DNA of 63,871 nucleotides, filler included, from Globobulimina sp. (lineage: Eukaryota): the NCBI GenBank assembly GCA_003354225.1. It is 49 parts of 49 records of this genome, joined end to end, with 100 filler letters (N's around TTAATTAATTAA, not from the genome) between each part and the next. Parts side by side here need not be neighbours in the genome. Positions count along the whole stretch, not along the records: positions 35,267 to 36,471 come from PIVH01021011.1; positions 36,572 to 37,776 come from PIVH01021012.1; positions 37,877 to 39,081 come from PIVH01021013.1; positions 39,182 to 40,386 come from PIVH01021014.1; positions 40,487 to 41,691 come from PIVH01021015.1; positions 41,792 to 42,996 come from PIVH01021016.1; positions 43,097 to 44,301 come from PIVH01021017.1; positions 44,402 to 45,606 come from PIVH01021018.1; 41 more parts are not named here. The stretch is one strand, 5' to 3'. Shown here piece after piece: positions 35,588 through 48,316 of the stretch. The notes under the pieces were generated by a model that saw only the letters and a list, made by a program, of their open reading frames with translations, had not been told where the DNA came from and made no database searches. The position numbers were made by a program, and so were the translations under genes. Numbering within the stretch: position 1 is the stretch's first letter; every line of letters starts with the position of its first letter.

Positions 35588-36436
35588 ATGATAAAAGATG
35601 AAATATTACAGAGTAAAAAAGAAATCATTTCTATTATACATCCATCGCCTGGTTATATGAAAAAATCAGTAATTAATCAACCAAAGGATAGATCCGATTG
35701 CATATCAAATTTAATAAAAATGAACAACGATATATATTGGGTTACCGCAGCACATTGTTTATTTGAGGAAGTGGGAAAAAATTTAACGTTACAATTATTA
35801 AGAAAAAATTATACAGAAAATGCATATTTCAATATTTATCGTGATTTAATATTAATAAAATTAAACAAAAAATTAACCATTTCCAATCATTGGAAATTAC
35901 AAATGATTACGCCGTTATTAGTAAGACCAACGGAATGCAACATCAACAAATTAAACATTAAATTAGTGTGTTGCTGCGAATTTAACTGCAAAGTGCGAAT
36001 ATACACAGATATTATTAGAATAAAATCACAATATACTGTTACCACCAATAACTTATTTGTTTATGGACAATCTGGCTGTGTTTGCACACAAAACAGTACT
36101 GACGGTGCACAAGACGATCCATGTTATTTTATTGTGTCACATAGGATCCCACACCAACCTTTTGAGGCGAAAAGAATCGAGAATTTTTTAGCCTGTTCCA
36201 TTTCATCTGATCTTCGAAGACGCGGATTTTGTTTAGATGTACAAAATCTATTTGCTGCAAATATGAGATCTTATTTAGTGCATGATGCAGATGAAGGTGT
36301 ATTAGGTATTGTATCGTGGAATATATCTGATAATGAATGGATAAATTTGACACAAGCGACATATCATCAACACCGTGTAATATTTGATGTCACAAAACAT
36401 GAAAATGCTATACGAACATCGAAAATATATGTATGA
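35588..36436 (+). CDS. Divergent trypsin-fold serine protease
   Basis: Triad motifs WVTAAHCL, RDLILIKL and GQSG. Confidence 0.65.
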   Translation: MIKDEILQSKKEIISIIHPSPGYMKKSVINQPKDRSDCISNLIKMNNDIYWVTAAHCLFEEVGKNLTLQLLRKNYTENAYFNIYRDLILIKLNKKLTISNHWKLQMITPLLVRPTECNINKLNIKLVCCCEFNCKVRIYTDIIRIKSQYTVTTNNLFVYGQSGCVCTQNSTDGAQDDPCYFIVSHRIPHQPFEAKRIENFLACSISSDLRRRGFCLDVQNLFAANMRSYLVHDADEGVLGIVSWNISDNEWINLTQATYHQHRVIFDVTKHENAIRTSKIYV

Positions 36437-36577
36437 TACAATTAATGCCATGCCAAAATCTTAACTTTTTTNNNNNNNNNNNNNNNNNNNNNNNNNNNNN
36501 NNNNNNNNNNNNNNNTTAATTAATTAANNNNNNNNNNNNNNNNNNNNNNNNNNNNNNNNNNNNNNNNNNNNGCAACA

Positions 36578-37141
36578 ATGGGGAATTTAAATATTATTGA
36601 CGGACTTAGTGGAGGTTTTGGTGATGTTGGCGGTATGTTGGGGAATATTAATATAGATTGTCCGTGTGATCCATGTATGGATATGATCTCATGTGGTAAC
36701 TGTGATTGTGGTATAATTGCAAAGATTGGCAGCTGCGGAATATGTTCAAATTGTGATCACTGTTTAGATGTTATACCATGTGCTGATTGTAATGGTGGAT
36801 GTATTGAATTACCGGGATGTGGCTCAATTGGTGATGTTTGTGAGTCGTGTGGTGGGTGTTTTGGCTTTGTTGGTGATTCATGGTATTGTATACCTCTTGT
36901 TTTTGTCTGTTATTATGTAGTTATGTATGTATTATACACAGTGGGAATTTATGCCGATGTATTCCAGATTGTATTGGTGAAATTGGGTATGTCTTATTTT
37001 ATTATAAAGAGCAGTTTTTTTATATTTTTTTATATTATTTTCATTAGTGGTTTATGTGGAAACATCGGAGAAATAGTTGGTGGACTTTGTGAATGTATTG
37101 GTGAAATTGCTGGCAGTTTATGTGAAACCTTAGACCTTTGA
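36578..37141 (+). CDS. Cys/Gly-rich acidic protein; exons 36578-36882, 36942-36986, 37048-37141
   Basis: Two phase-2 GT-AG introns remove the apparent hydrophobic stretches. Product has about 25 Cys in CxC/CxxC patterns. Confidence 0.7.
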   Translation: MGNLNIIDGLSGGFGDVGGMLGNINIDCPCDPCMDMISCGNCDCGIIAKIGSCGICSNCDHCLDVIPCADCNGGCIELPGCGSIGDVCESCGGCFGFVGDSWYCIPLVFVCYYVVMYVLYTVGIYADVFQIVLVKLGMSYFIIKSSFFIFFYIIFISGLCGNIGEIVGGLCECIGEIAGSLCETLDL

Positions 37142-37876
37142 AATGTTTGTTAATGCTATGAATGTAAAATATTTCTTGCTTACGGGTTACTATTTATTAC
37201 CATATTTAAATAACTTGTCATATTGAAATTATATAGAATTCTTGATAAAAAAAATGTTTCTTGTGCAAGGACAGCGGATCTCTAAACCTTTGAAAACAAG
37301 CAAAACTAATCAAACCAGGTAGAATCTAATTAAACAAACGATAAACAATATATAAAATGTTAAAAACAATATTAACACACTAAGATCTCTTTTAATCTAA
37401 GTATTACCGATAATACATGTTTCCCGAATCATTTTACCATTCTTAGTTTTCGTAAATCTCAAATAAGACGGATACATCAACACTAAAATTTCAATACACG
37501 CACCATCCATAATATTCAACATTTCAGACACATCCGCATCGATATCTTTCCCTGTTTCTGTTGCCTCAACCTCTTCATTCCCATTATTAGTATCACTCTC
37601 AACATGCAACACAACCTCTACATCAACATCATCTTCCTTCTCATTCTCATTTTCTTCCTCCATATTATAATCCAAAATAACCATAAAATCTTCAGGAATA
37701 TCTGCCTCATCTAATATTAATGAAGAAAACGACTCCTCCCTATCATTCATAGTCGCTTCTCAGTCTGACCTAACATNNNNNNNNNNNNNNNNNNNNNNNN
37801 NNNNNNNNNNNNNNNNNNNNTTAATTAATTAANNNNNNNNNNNNNNNNNNNNNNNNNNNNNNNNNNNNNNNNNNNN

Positions 37877-38207
37877 TATTTGTTTTACTAAAAGCAATAT
37901 TATCATTTTGATCTAAAAATGAAGATGTAACACCAATCAATTGTTTCGGTAATTGGACTAATTTAATGTTTTGGCTTGCAATCGGTTTTGGTTTTTTCTT
38001 TCGGGATTGTATGATATTTGATATCGTATTATTAATATTATCAGCCTCAGCTTGTTGATTTACTGATGTATTCAATATTTGATTGAATAATGCATTGATA
38101 ATAATATTATTATTCCCGTCCAATAATTTCGTAACAAATTTAAGTGTTTCTGACTGTGTTAATTGGGCAGCTAAAAAACGAAACTTGACTGCTTTGCAAA
38201 GTGACAT
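37877..38207 (-). CDS. Hypothetical protein N-terminus with F-box-like motif
   Basis: KLVQLPKQLIGVTSSFL. Confidence 0.45.
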
Positions 38208-38307
38208 GATAAAAAGTTGTTTTATTTGTCGAAAACTTGTTTATTGCAACATAAACCGTTAACAAAAACAAGAAACATGCGAGCAAATCTGAATCAATAT
38301 ACAACAA

Positions 38308-39081
38308 TCATGCTTCTTTCTGAACCACAGCATTCCTATAAATTCCCTTTTCATTTCCAACATACATAATATTCGGTGTATAAGGTTGCCAAACATTGAT
38401 TTTACCCAACTCATCTTTATTGACATGATAGGCATATATAACAAACAAAACATTCCCCACAATAAACAAAACAGCGCAGATCGCAGCAAAATAGTTATCC
38501 ACAGCCTCGGCATCATTGAACAATCCCATTTCATTGTAACCAACCATGGTGGACTCAATTGTTATCAATAAAACAAAACTGAATGTAAATAAATTATATT
38601 TATCCAATAATGTCATATAATTGACTTGCGGCAATTCACTGGAGATCACAAACTGAAAAGCAACAATGGTTAACGCCATAGTTATTGCATAGCTCAATCG
38701 ATCACCGATGTTACTGGCGGGGACAGCAAATGTTGACCATGCCATAATGCCTAAAAACAATAACCAGAGCATCAATCTTTGAACAATGCCTTTCCATTTG
38801 CGTCGAACTTGAATTCGAAAGGTGACAAACTCATAAAATTCATCCTTGTTGCTGTCATTTTTATTTTTCGACATTGATTTCAATTCAGCAATGGAAGCAT
38901 CCACGTTTAGTATATCCCAATTTGTTATGGAGCACCAGGTTTTATTTAATTTGATATATTTGCTCCATAATTGCGAAGGGGAATGGCGGATTTGTTTGGT
39001 TTCAATGGTTTGCTGAAATACAATGCTTAAATCCTGAACATCGAATGGAAAATTTGCAACTTCGAATTCTTCGGTGAAGGT
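38308..39081 (-). CDS. Cys-less pentameric ligand-gated ion channel, 5' partial
   Basis: Frame extends upstream to NFPFDVQDL (Pro-loop). Four TMs with DRLSYAITMALTIVAF and LPQVNYMTLLDKY. Confidence 0.9.
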   Translation of the reverse strand, partial: TFTEEFEVANFPFDVQDLSIVFQQTIETKQIRHSPSQLWSKYIKLNKTWCSITNWDILNVDASIAELKSMSKNKNDSNKDEFYEFVTFRIQVRRKWKGIVQRLMLWLLFLGIMAWSTFAVPASNIGDRLSYAITMALTIVAFQFVISSELPQVNYMTLLDKYNLFTFSFVLLITIESTMVGYNEMGLFNDAEAVDNYFAAICAVLFIVGNVLFVIYAYHVNKDELGKINVWQPYTPNIMYVGNEKGIYRNAVVQKEA

Positions 39082-39181
39082 NNNNNNNNNNNNNNNNNNN
39101 NNNNNNNNNNNNNNNNNNNNNNNNNTTAATTAATTAANNNNNNNNNNNNNNNNNNNNNNNNNNNNNNNNNNNNNNNNNNNN

Positions 39182-39693
39182 GCACTACAAAAGCTTTTAC
39201 AGCAACTGCTATGACGGTTAATTCTCGTTGGACGGTTAGTGTGCTTGGCAGAATAGGTCGCGATGGTAATTTGGTCTGTTTTTTACAAACTGTTAATGAA
39301 GTGCAGCAAGCTGTGGATGAATCAAATATTAATGATGATGATGGAACAAATATTAATAGTGATGATGGAACAAATAGTGATGATGTAACAAATAATGATG
39401 ATGCCACACGTATTGGTGGTGGTGTCCCTGGTGTTGGAACCAGATATGTACGCGATTCAGCATACTATTTAAGGAGACTTGGCAATGTGAATGGTAATAA
39501 TTGTCGTTATAATGATTTCCATGTAATCCAACTGCAAAGTACCGGTAATACGAATGAAGGACATTTCTTACACGCGGATGGCGAATTCGAAGGTGCTTCT
39601 CATTCCTTATTGGATATTACATTTGGTGCTATCGGTGGAAGTGTTGAGACTTTGTTGGAATGTGATATTGTTAGATTTAAGTTTGCATTTTAA
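39182..39693 (+). CDS. Hypothetical protein, C-terminal part
   Basis: Open frame containing a DDGTN repeat insert. Confidence 0.4.
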
Positions 39694-40486
39694 AATCGTA
39701 AATATGATCCCAATTAATGATGACATGAAATATGTTTATTCACATTTCCCATTGAATTATTTAACATTTTAAAAATCTTCAAACTTTTGTTTCGTTACAA
39801 AGTTTGTGATCATATATAACGAACTATAACAACAGCAGAAAAGCAATAGGATTGAATCATAACAAACTTTCCAAAATTGGTAACGTAAACATATATATTC
39901 ATTTTTGATTTTTAGCAAACAAAAAAATGTAAATTCAAGTACTGTATTTAATTAGACTCGGTATACAATAAAAAATCACGATTTGTGTGTGAGGTTTATG
40001 GAAGTTGCCATATATTCTGATGATTTTCTCGTGATTCTGCAATATTTTGATCATTCTGTGTTTTCACCAATTTTGCAAATATCGCATAAAGCCGAAATAT
40101 TCATTTTTTTTAGTTCTTTTCATGATTTTTAACATTTTATCATTTTTTTACCTTTTGGGTAAATAAAAAAGGGGTACATCGTTTCGAAATCCGTATTAAA
40201 AAATAGAAAGATGTGGCGTCACAATTAGAGTTTTCCTATTTGACCTTGATTTTGCTCATGATCAACTTTTTTTAATCATTTGCGAATTTTTAGAGAAAAA
40301 GCTTAAGTAAATGTTCGTCTAATCCTTATTTATAATACAGTACGATCTTTATTTACAGTTTCCAATAGATATGATAAGATGAGACGNNNNNNNNNNNNNN
40401 NNNNNNNNNNNNNNNNNNNNNNNNNNNNNNTTAATTAATTAANNNNNNNNNNNNNNNNNNNNNNNNNNNNNNNNNNNNNNNNNNNN

Positions 40487-41519
40487 TTCTTCATATAACC
40501 GTCATGCTGCCGCAATAACAGCGCATTCTGTTTGCTCATCGCGACCAACATTTCAAAGGCCAGTTTCCTGCTATCTGTGCAGTGCAAGGATAAACAGCAC
40601 AATTTAATATATTTAAAGGATGTTTGCCATGATCAAAATGCAAAATATGTTACATACCAAATTCGAGATTGTCGTCGCGGGCAATTTTAACCACACAAAG
40701 TAATAATTGGTCCAATAATGGCTTAAGTAACACAAACCGATGTGATACGATGTCGATAGTACTCGACAGTATTTGTGTTAAGACTCCTTCGTCTTTGCAT
40801 TTGCTTAATAAGTTAATACATGATGGGATCACATCTTTCCATTGGTTCAGCTCATTCATATTATCAATGGATATCACAATACTAACAAAGGATTTGTATG
40901 CCTGCAATACAATATTCATGTCATTCTCATCCCGTATGGCAATGTTGATAACTTTATAAATATTTTCAAAATGCGGTTTTAGAAATTCAATGCAATATTC
41001 AGCCAAACAATCCAATACACGCAAAAAACCTTGTTTGTGGTACGTATTTGCTTTGTTTACTAATTCTAATAATTGCGATAGCAAATTTTCCCAATATCCA
41101 GCAGGAATTATACGCGATGCTAATGTGCCAATGGCGTCGCATATTAATAAATAGGTTGTGATGTCGGTCTCTTTGCTCATTGCGGTCAATAAACCATTTT
41201 CAAATACGTTATACGCGGATATTGGTATTTTGCTCCATTCGTCGGAGGTGGTATTGTTTGGTTGACACGATTGCCGGAACATGACAATGGATAATTGTTT
41301 GATCTCATTATTGGAGGAATTTAAAGTTAATTGCAATAAACATTCCAGATATAATAATAAATTACTGGTTTTGGCTTCGGATAATTTAACTTCTGCGGAT
41401 GATCGTAGTGCGGCTGATGTTGCACGGACTAATGCGTCCATCAATGATTCAAATTGTGATAATATGTGTTGTTGGGAGTTGGGATTTGCATTGCTTGGAC
41501 TGTTTCCTGTGCTGGACAT
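40487..41519 (-). CDS. Importin-beta family (IPO5/IPO4-like) HEAT-repeat N-terminus, spliced
   Basis: LRSSAEVKL, IKQLSIVMFR, ICDAIGTLA and WENLL. Next exon reads RKLAFEMLV. Confidence 0.8.
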
Positions 41520-41792
41520 TGTTAACGTCAATAACAGAGCAAAAGATTACAGTTTTTTATAGTGGTGCCAGTGTAAGGATAAATATAAAATCAAACACCA
41601 ATACGAGAAAACGAAAAAAATAAATATACGTAGGGATTACAAAACAAATAACACTTTAAATAATCAAAGATTGCGAAATAGAAATCTCCAANNNNNNNNN
41701 NNNNNNNNNNNNNNNNNNNNNNNNNNNNNNNNNNNTTAATTAATTAANNNNNNNNNNNNNNNNNNNNNNNNNNNNNNNNNNNNNNNNNNNNC

Positions 41793-42699
41793 AATTTATG
41801 GCAGAAAACGTTTGTTTTTATACCCACCAAACACGTCACCGGTTGGTGGTTATGCTCCAGGTTTTACTTCGTTACATTGGTATAAGTACATTTATAAACA
41901 TTTGCATTTGGAATATAACGACTTGTATGTACATAATGATACATTTAATAAAGAAACATTTATTAAGCCTCGTTCATCCATATTTGCCCGAAATAATGGC
42001 AGTGGCAAAATAATATTAGACTCACAAAGTAAGATTGTAGATATATTACGGACTGATTCCATGGAATATAATGATAAGAAAATATATGGATCGATATTTA
42101 AACCGCTTGAATGTATGTTGCGTGATGGACAGATGTTGTATTTGCCGGATTTATGGTGGCATCAAGTAATAAATCTTGGTGATACACTTGCTGTGGCCAT
42201 ACAAATTAACAATGTTTATTCTGGTTTTACTGCATTAGCAAATTGGACTGCATACTATGTTCGGATACGGACAAATTTGAAAAACACACAATTCCTAAAT
42301 ATATTAAACAAAACGGATTTAGAATTGGATGCACTGAAAATTGATAACTTGATAAATGTAAATAAGCAGATTTTGCAGCAGCAAGCACCATTTAATGCGT
42401 TTCATGAATATTTGATGGGGATAGATTTCTTTTTTATGGGTGAAAAATTCTATGAAATGTGTAGAAAACATTTAGTAAATGCAATTTTAATGGATCCGAG
42501 CTACATTGCATCATATCTTGTTTTAGCACGAACATATAAATTAAATATTACAATGGTACAGAAAATATTAGAAATTGCATATGTGCTAAATCCGCATCAT
42601 GAGGTTGTTTGTAAAAAATTAACAAAAATCTTTACTCACACCAATCAAACAAATCTTCTTCAAGCTGTCTTGAAACATAAACCATTATCTCCTCATTAG
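41793..42699 (+). CDS. JmjC/cupin-like hydroxylase with C-terminal TPR-like helices, 5' partial
   Basis: YGRKRLFLYPP and ECMLRDGQMLYLPDLWWHQVINL. Confidence 0.85.
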
Positions 42700-45167
42700 C
42701 AACATTTAACTTTTTTGGCTTAGTTTCGTTTCATTTAAACGATTCGTGTCAGCTCGAGCTTTAATTTTTACTCTATCCAGCACACTTAGTAGAAAATGAA
42801 ATGATAAAATTCTTGATAAAAAAACTCGGGAGGTTTTTTTTTTAAATACAATACGGCTCAACCTCCCATCTTTGTTGGAGGGTTAAGCGGTTGCGCACCA
42901 GAACAAATTCAGATGTTTTATGAATTGATAATTATTTTAAAAAAATTATATTTAAAAAAAGCCGGAGATAATATCCACTTAACATCCTGATTTGGTNNNN
43001 NNNNNNNNNNNNNNNNNNNNNNNNNNNNNNNNNNNNNNNNTTAATTAATTAANNNNNNNNNNNNNNNNNNNNNNNNNNNNNNNNNNNNNNNNNNNNAAAA
43101 CACAATCGATTCGACCATCTGGGGGATTTTGCCAAAGAGTTATTGCCCATGGTCAGCATACTTAGTTACAAAGTGAAGCACTCAAATGTTAGTAAAAATA
43201 GAAAATTTAAATGTTAATTGAAGAAATGAACTAAAAGCAAAAACCCTAATGTGAATGAAGCAATCTCCAACAAACAATTCAATACGTACATCAATCTTTA
43301 TTCATCAGACATGCACAAAATCTCAAAATTTAACACAATTACCAATATCCATATAAATGCGAAAAATCCTGCACAAAAATCCTGCACAACAACAGCAGAA
43401 CCCACAAAAGCAGTACCAACAAGAGCAGAACCAACAAAAGCAGTGACAACAAAAGCAGTACTCAATTAAATCATCATATTGTGCTTGTTTACCTGTGAAT
43501 GTACCAACAGATAATTTTACTATTATTTGAAAAAAATTGGTAATCATTCGATAAAATATAGTTTTTTGCCCGCGCCGAATAACATGCAGCGCTGTTTTTT
43601 GCCCGCGCCGATAAATGTTATCGATGCAGAACTGCAATTTGTGAATTTTGTTCATTTAATTGCGATAATCCGCGGTGTAAAATAAAATATTGTTATGGTG
43701 GTGATACAACATCATTTACATCAGGTTGTGGTGAGAGATTTTTATCCGAAATTGAATGTTTGGCATGTGAGACAGAATATACATCAGTGGAGTTTCAGTC
43801 AAAATATCCAAAAAACAGCTGCTCAAAAAAGCCGATTTTTTGGACACTAAAAAAAGCACCTGCCAACAAAAACTGTATAATATAAAAATGAGAAGAATAA
43901 GAATAATCCATTCACAGAAAATACCAGCGAAAATAAAGAAAGTGAATTCAACATTAATACTGATGTACAAGGAAAGATATTGGAATGGGCAACAAAACCA
44001 ACTGTAGCAGAAAGCGCAGCCATCATTGCATTATCTCAATCGAATGCTAAACAAAGAGATTGTATTGCAGCATTACAAATTACATTGGAAGGTAAAGAAG
44101 CAATAATAGCAACCAAAGACACAATGATAAAATCAGGTTTACAGCGAATACAATTGCTTGAATCAGAATTAAGTAAATCACAAACGATGAACACAGAATT
44201 GAAACATTTAAATACAAATTTACGAAAAAAATGTAATTATAATATTGATAAAAAATCTGAATATAAATCGAAAGCATTAAATACACCGAGTCGGCCATAT
44301 GNNNNNNNNNNNNNNNNNNNNNNNNNNNNNNNNNNNNNNNNNNNNTTAATTAATTAANNNNNNNNNNNNNNNNNNNNNNNNNNNNNNNNNNNNNNNNNNN
44401 NAAAACTTTTTTTTGCAGTGCCTTTTGCCTAAATTTTTGTGAAGTTGTAGTAAAAAACTTTTTCCCTTCTCATATTCCCATATCCTACATTCACATTCCC
44501 ATTCTCAAGTTGTAGTAAAAAACCACATTCACATTCCCATATCCCTTCTCCATCATTTTTACTGGACTTGTCAGACATGAATTGTCAAGATTCACCAAAA
44601 AACTTTTTTTAGTACTAAAGTGCTTTCCTGCCCGCCTTACAATTTCAAAAACAGAAAAATAAACTTTTTTTTGCATTGCTTGCGTGCCTCACAGAAAATA
44701 TTATCAATATTGACATGATATATACAAAAAACTTTCTTCGTCCTCCTTTGATGCAGTATGAACGCAAAGGATGCATTGCGGATAATTTAATTGGATGTTC
44801 TGAACCGTTTCCCTGTACATTGAATTGAGATGTATTTGTGATGCAGTATTCGTTGTATAGTTGCGCGTTATATATATATTTCACAGAGATTTAGTCATTT
44901 TAGTCTACTTAAAAAAGTTCACAGTGCTTAAAAATACTTTACATGCTGAAAGTTGATCATTGGAAATTGCATATATATGTCATAGCTTCTTTTACAGCAA
45001 TTTGAAACAAATGATCAATATTAACACAACATTTGGCACTGCATTCAATATAAGGCGCATTATAATATACTAATATGCCTTATTTATCAATAGAGATTTT
45101 TTTGGACTTTGAAAAAATTGTATCTAAGTCATTAAATTTAAAGAATTATATTTATAATGAGTTTGTC

Positions 45168-45557
45168 TCAGAAATCAAATTGATTTGACTGTAACATAAC
45201 AAGAGTACAATCATAAATGAAAGGGATCCCTTCACTGGATAAGTTTTTTTCTAATTGTTTTGACTCTGTCCCTGGGTTAAAAATTACACGGCGTGGTTTT
45301 AATGCGATAATGTCATCTATCATAGGCAGACTTCGTTCTGCGCCAACATATAAGGTCAATGTATCGACAGGAATGTTGATATCAGACAAATTGGCAACCA
45401 CTTCATGTTCATCAATACGGGTCAGTTTGGGGTGCACAGGGATGACGGTGTGATTATATTGCAACAATAGTTTAACCGCTTTGTAAGAATAGCGTTGGGG
45501 TTTTACACTGGCCCCTAAAACAACCACTGTTTGTTTTACTATTTTAGTAGATTTCAT
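45168..45557 (-). CDS. Bacterial CoA-binding protein (YccU-like)
   Basis: VLGASVKPQRYS, VIPVHP, VDTLTLYV, RVIFNPGTE and CTLVML; complete and intronless. Confidence 0.9.
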   Translation of the reverse strand: MKSTKIVKQTVVVLGASVKPQRYSYKAVKLLLQYNHTVIPVHPKLTRIDEHEVVANLSDINIPVDTLTLYVGAERSLPMIDDIIALKPRRVIFNPGTESKQLEKNLSSEGIPFIYDCTLVMLQSNQFDF

Positions 45558-46314
45558 ATTTGGAAACTCGTATCTGGAAGCTCATATTTGAAAAATATCA
45601 TCATCTNNNNNNNNNNNNNNNNNNNNNNNNNNNNNNNNNNNNNNNNNNNNTTAATTAATTAANNNNNNNNNNNNNNNNNNNNNNNNNNNNNNNNNNNNNN
45701 NNNNNNGTATAAAGATGGACTAATATTCTTTTTTCAATTTTTGCTGAAACGACAAATATCAAATAACAATTGATGTGACCAACACAAATAAAATTGCACA
45801 GCACATAAATGTGTACCTTTCACAACTTGGTTCTTTATTTAATTTCATTATTCACTGAACGTTGAAACGTTTTCTACATCATTGATCGATTTGCAATACA
45901 GAAACACTGTATGCCACAAACACTTTTCCGCTGGCCGCCTAGTAGTTCCATGTTTTGAGGGAAAAGTGTTAGTGAGCTAGTCATCCTTTTCCTACCCTTT
46001 ATGATTACTGAAACATGACAGTGAAGAAGCTGAGTTCAACGTATTCAACGATGTGTTGAACTGGAACAACCCACTATATACCAGTTGTTAGTGTTCCAGT
46101 TGTGGCTTTGAATTTCGATCGAGCTTAGAAATGATGAAGCCCCTTTCCTGATTCTGATCACGTTTGTTGGAAACACAAGGGAAATATTCGGTATACAGTG
46201 GGTTATCTATCTGACTATATCATAAGTTTAAATTACAATCTTAATAAATTACAATCTTAATAGATGACACAGCAAATACAAGGATTTGTTTTATTTTGTA
46301 TGCCATATCTTTTT

Positions 46315-46911
46315 TTAATCTTTTGCAACTGAATGCGAATCATTTTCCATTGCAGCAGCACACATGGTTTCATGCAGAATTATAGAGTGTGCCGTTGGTT
46401 GTTGATCGGTAGGAATAGGATACTTTATAAAAATATAACAAATCACTACCAAAATCAATAAGAAACAACTTATTCCCAAAACAAATGAAAATACAGCCAG
46501 ATTATATGGTGAATAACTTGAAATCTTTGCTGATTTGCCGAATATTGCTGGATATCCTGTTGGCGATATAACAATTGATGACAGGCATGAAACATTAACC
46601 GATATTTCTGGAATCGCAGTTGTTGGAGATTGAGTCCATTCGAATTCAACTTTTCCATCTTTAATACGAATCGGAGGGGATAAAATATCGTCAATCGATA
46701 TTGAAACCATAGAATGCGATCCATTGCTAACTGTTTGGAGAATAGTTGGCGGAAATTTGTTTATATCAAATCTTACGTTCAAATTACATGTTGAGGTTTT
46801 AGTAAATTTTGTCCAAATGATTGGGTGAGATAAATTTTGTGAATGAACTTTAAATTTTCGTCGAAGATTCGAAATTAAATGATCCGGTGAACCTATATTC
46901 GTCACTTGATA
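46315..46911 (-). CDS. Single-pass membrane protein C-terminus
   Basis: TM segment LAVFSFVLGISCFLLILVVICYIFI. Confidence 0.45.
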   Translation of the reverse strand, partial: YQVTNIGSPDHLISNLRRKFKVHSQNLSHPIIWTKFTKTSTCNLNVRFDINKFPPTILQTVSNGSHSMVSISIDDILSPPIRIKDGKVEFEWTQSPTTAIPEISVNVSCLSSIVISPTGYPAIFGKSAKISSYSPYNLAVFSFVLGISCFLLILVVICYIFIKYPIPTDQQPTAHSIILHETMCAAAMENDSHSVAKD

Positions 46912-47690
46912 NNNNNNNNNNNNNNNNNNNNNNNNNNNNNNNNNNNNNNNNNNNNTTAATTAATTAANNNNNNNNNNNNNNNNNNNNNNNNNNNNNNNNN
47001 NNNNNNNNNNNAGTTGTGACTGTTTGATGATAAAAATAATTTTGTTTACTGCATTGGATTCAGTTTTCGTTTTTTAAGTGGTGGTTGTGTATATTCATCT
47101 TGATTTGATCGAATTTGTCCTTGCGCTGAATTGACATTTCCTAATCCTCTTTTTATGCCATTATTACGTTGCACATTATACAATTTCAAGCGTTTCTCAG
47201 CTGCTCTTTCTTTGCCTTTGAGAAGCCATGACATGTTTTTTGATGTTTTGAAGTGCCCAATCTCAACAACTTGGAAATCAAGTAACAATCCCGTCATTAT
47301 TGGGTTTAAAGACATGGAATTGGCATGGATCGATACAGAATGAACGAGATTAGGATTTGGGACTGAATATATTTGGTCGCATTGGAGAAGCCATTTAAAG
47401 TATGTTTGATTGAAGGTAATGAATTTGAAAAAACAAAATATGTGACATAAACATCTCTTATAGACGTGGTTTAATTTTTTTCTTGATCGCGTCTTTAGAT
47501 ATTTTTTTCTCTCTACATAGGTATAACGCGATTATAACGGAGAAATTCAGAAACTAAAGGAAAACGGTAGCGGAATTGGGTCGATTTATAATGGACATAA
47601 GTTAACAACATGTCTATTAAAATGTAATTTTTTTGAATAATAAGTTAATAACACACATAAATAAACAGATTATGGGATCAAATATGCCAT

Positions 47691-48000
47691 TCATGGATAT
47701 TCCATCTGGTGATATTTTAATCCGCACCGTTTCCATGGCTTTGTGCGAGAGTTAATTTGTTTGACGTTCAGTTCATTTTCGATATGTACATATTTATTTG
47801 ATAATGGCCAAACTTTCATAAACTCCGTCATATTTTCATTAAATTCATGTTTTATTGTCGCCAATTTATTTGTTATAAAATCCAATCTATTTTGATCTGT
47901 TTCTTTTAATTTCACACAATTTGCAATCAAATAAGCAATAATTATTGTGGCTGACCGAGACATTCCGACGGCACAATGAACGAATATCTTATTCCTAATG
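47691..48000 (-). CDS. Dual-specificity phosphatase fragment
   Basis: IFVHCAVGMSRSATIIIAYL. Confidence 0.85.
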
Positions 48001-48316
48001 GTAAATGCCATTATTCATTGTACTTTTGTAGCTTTGCTGAGTCTTTCATAAAACAGTAATGTCCATGACGATGGTGCACTGCTTTACCATTAATTAATTG
48101 TCTTAATGCAGCTGCAATATCATTAGGAATGGTTGCCAATCATTTGGGAGTCAAGGTGGTGATTATTTGATCGTTTACATGGATTGCAAATGCAAACGAT
48201 ACGTTTGCAAGCGTTTNNNNNNNNNNNNNNNNNNNNNNNNNNNNNNNNNNNNNNNNNNNNTTAATTAATTAANNNNNNNNNNNNNNNNNNNNNNNNNNNN
48301 NNNNNNNNNNNNNNNN

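Noticed and set aside
36883-37047. Two apparent TM helices in ORF 36578-37141
   Set aside because: They are T-rich introns read through in frame.
43561-43612. GTTTTTTGCCCGCGCCGA direct repeat
   Set aside because: Only two copies with no array or element boundaries; function unsupported.
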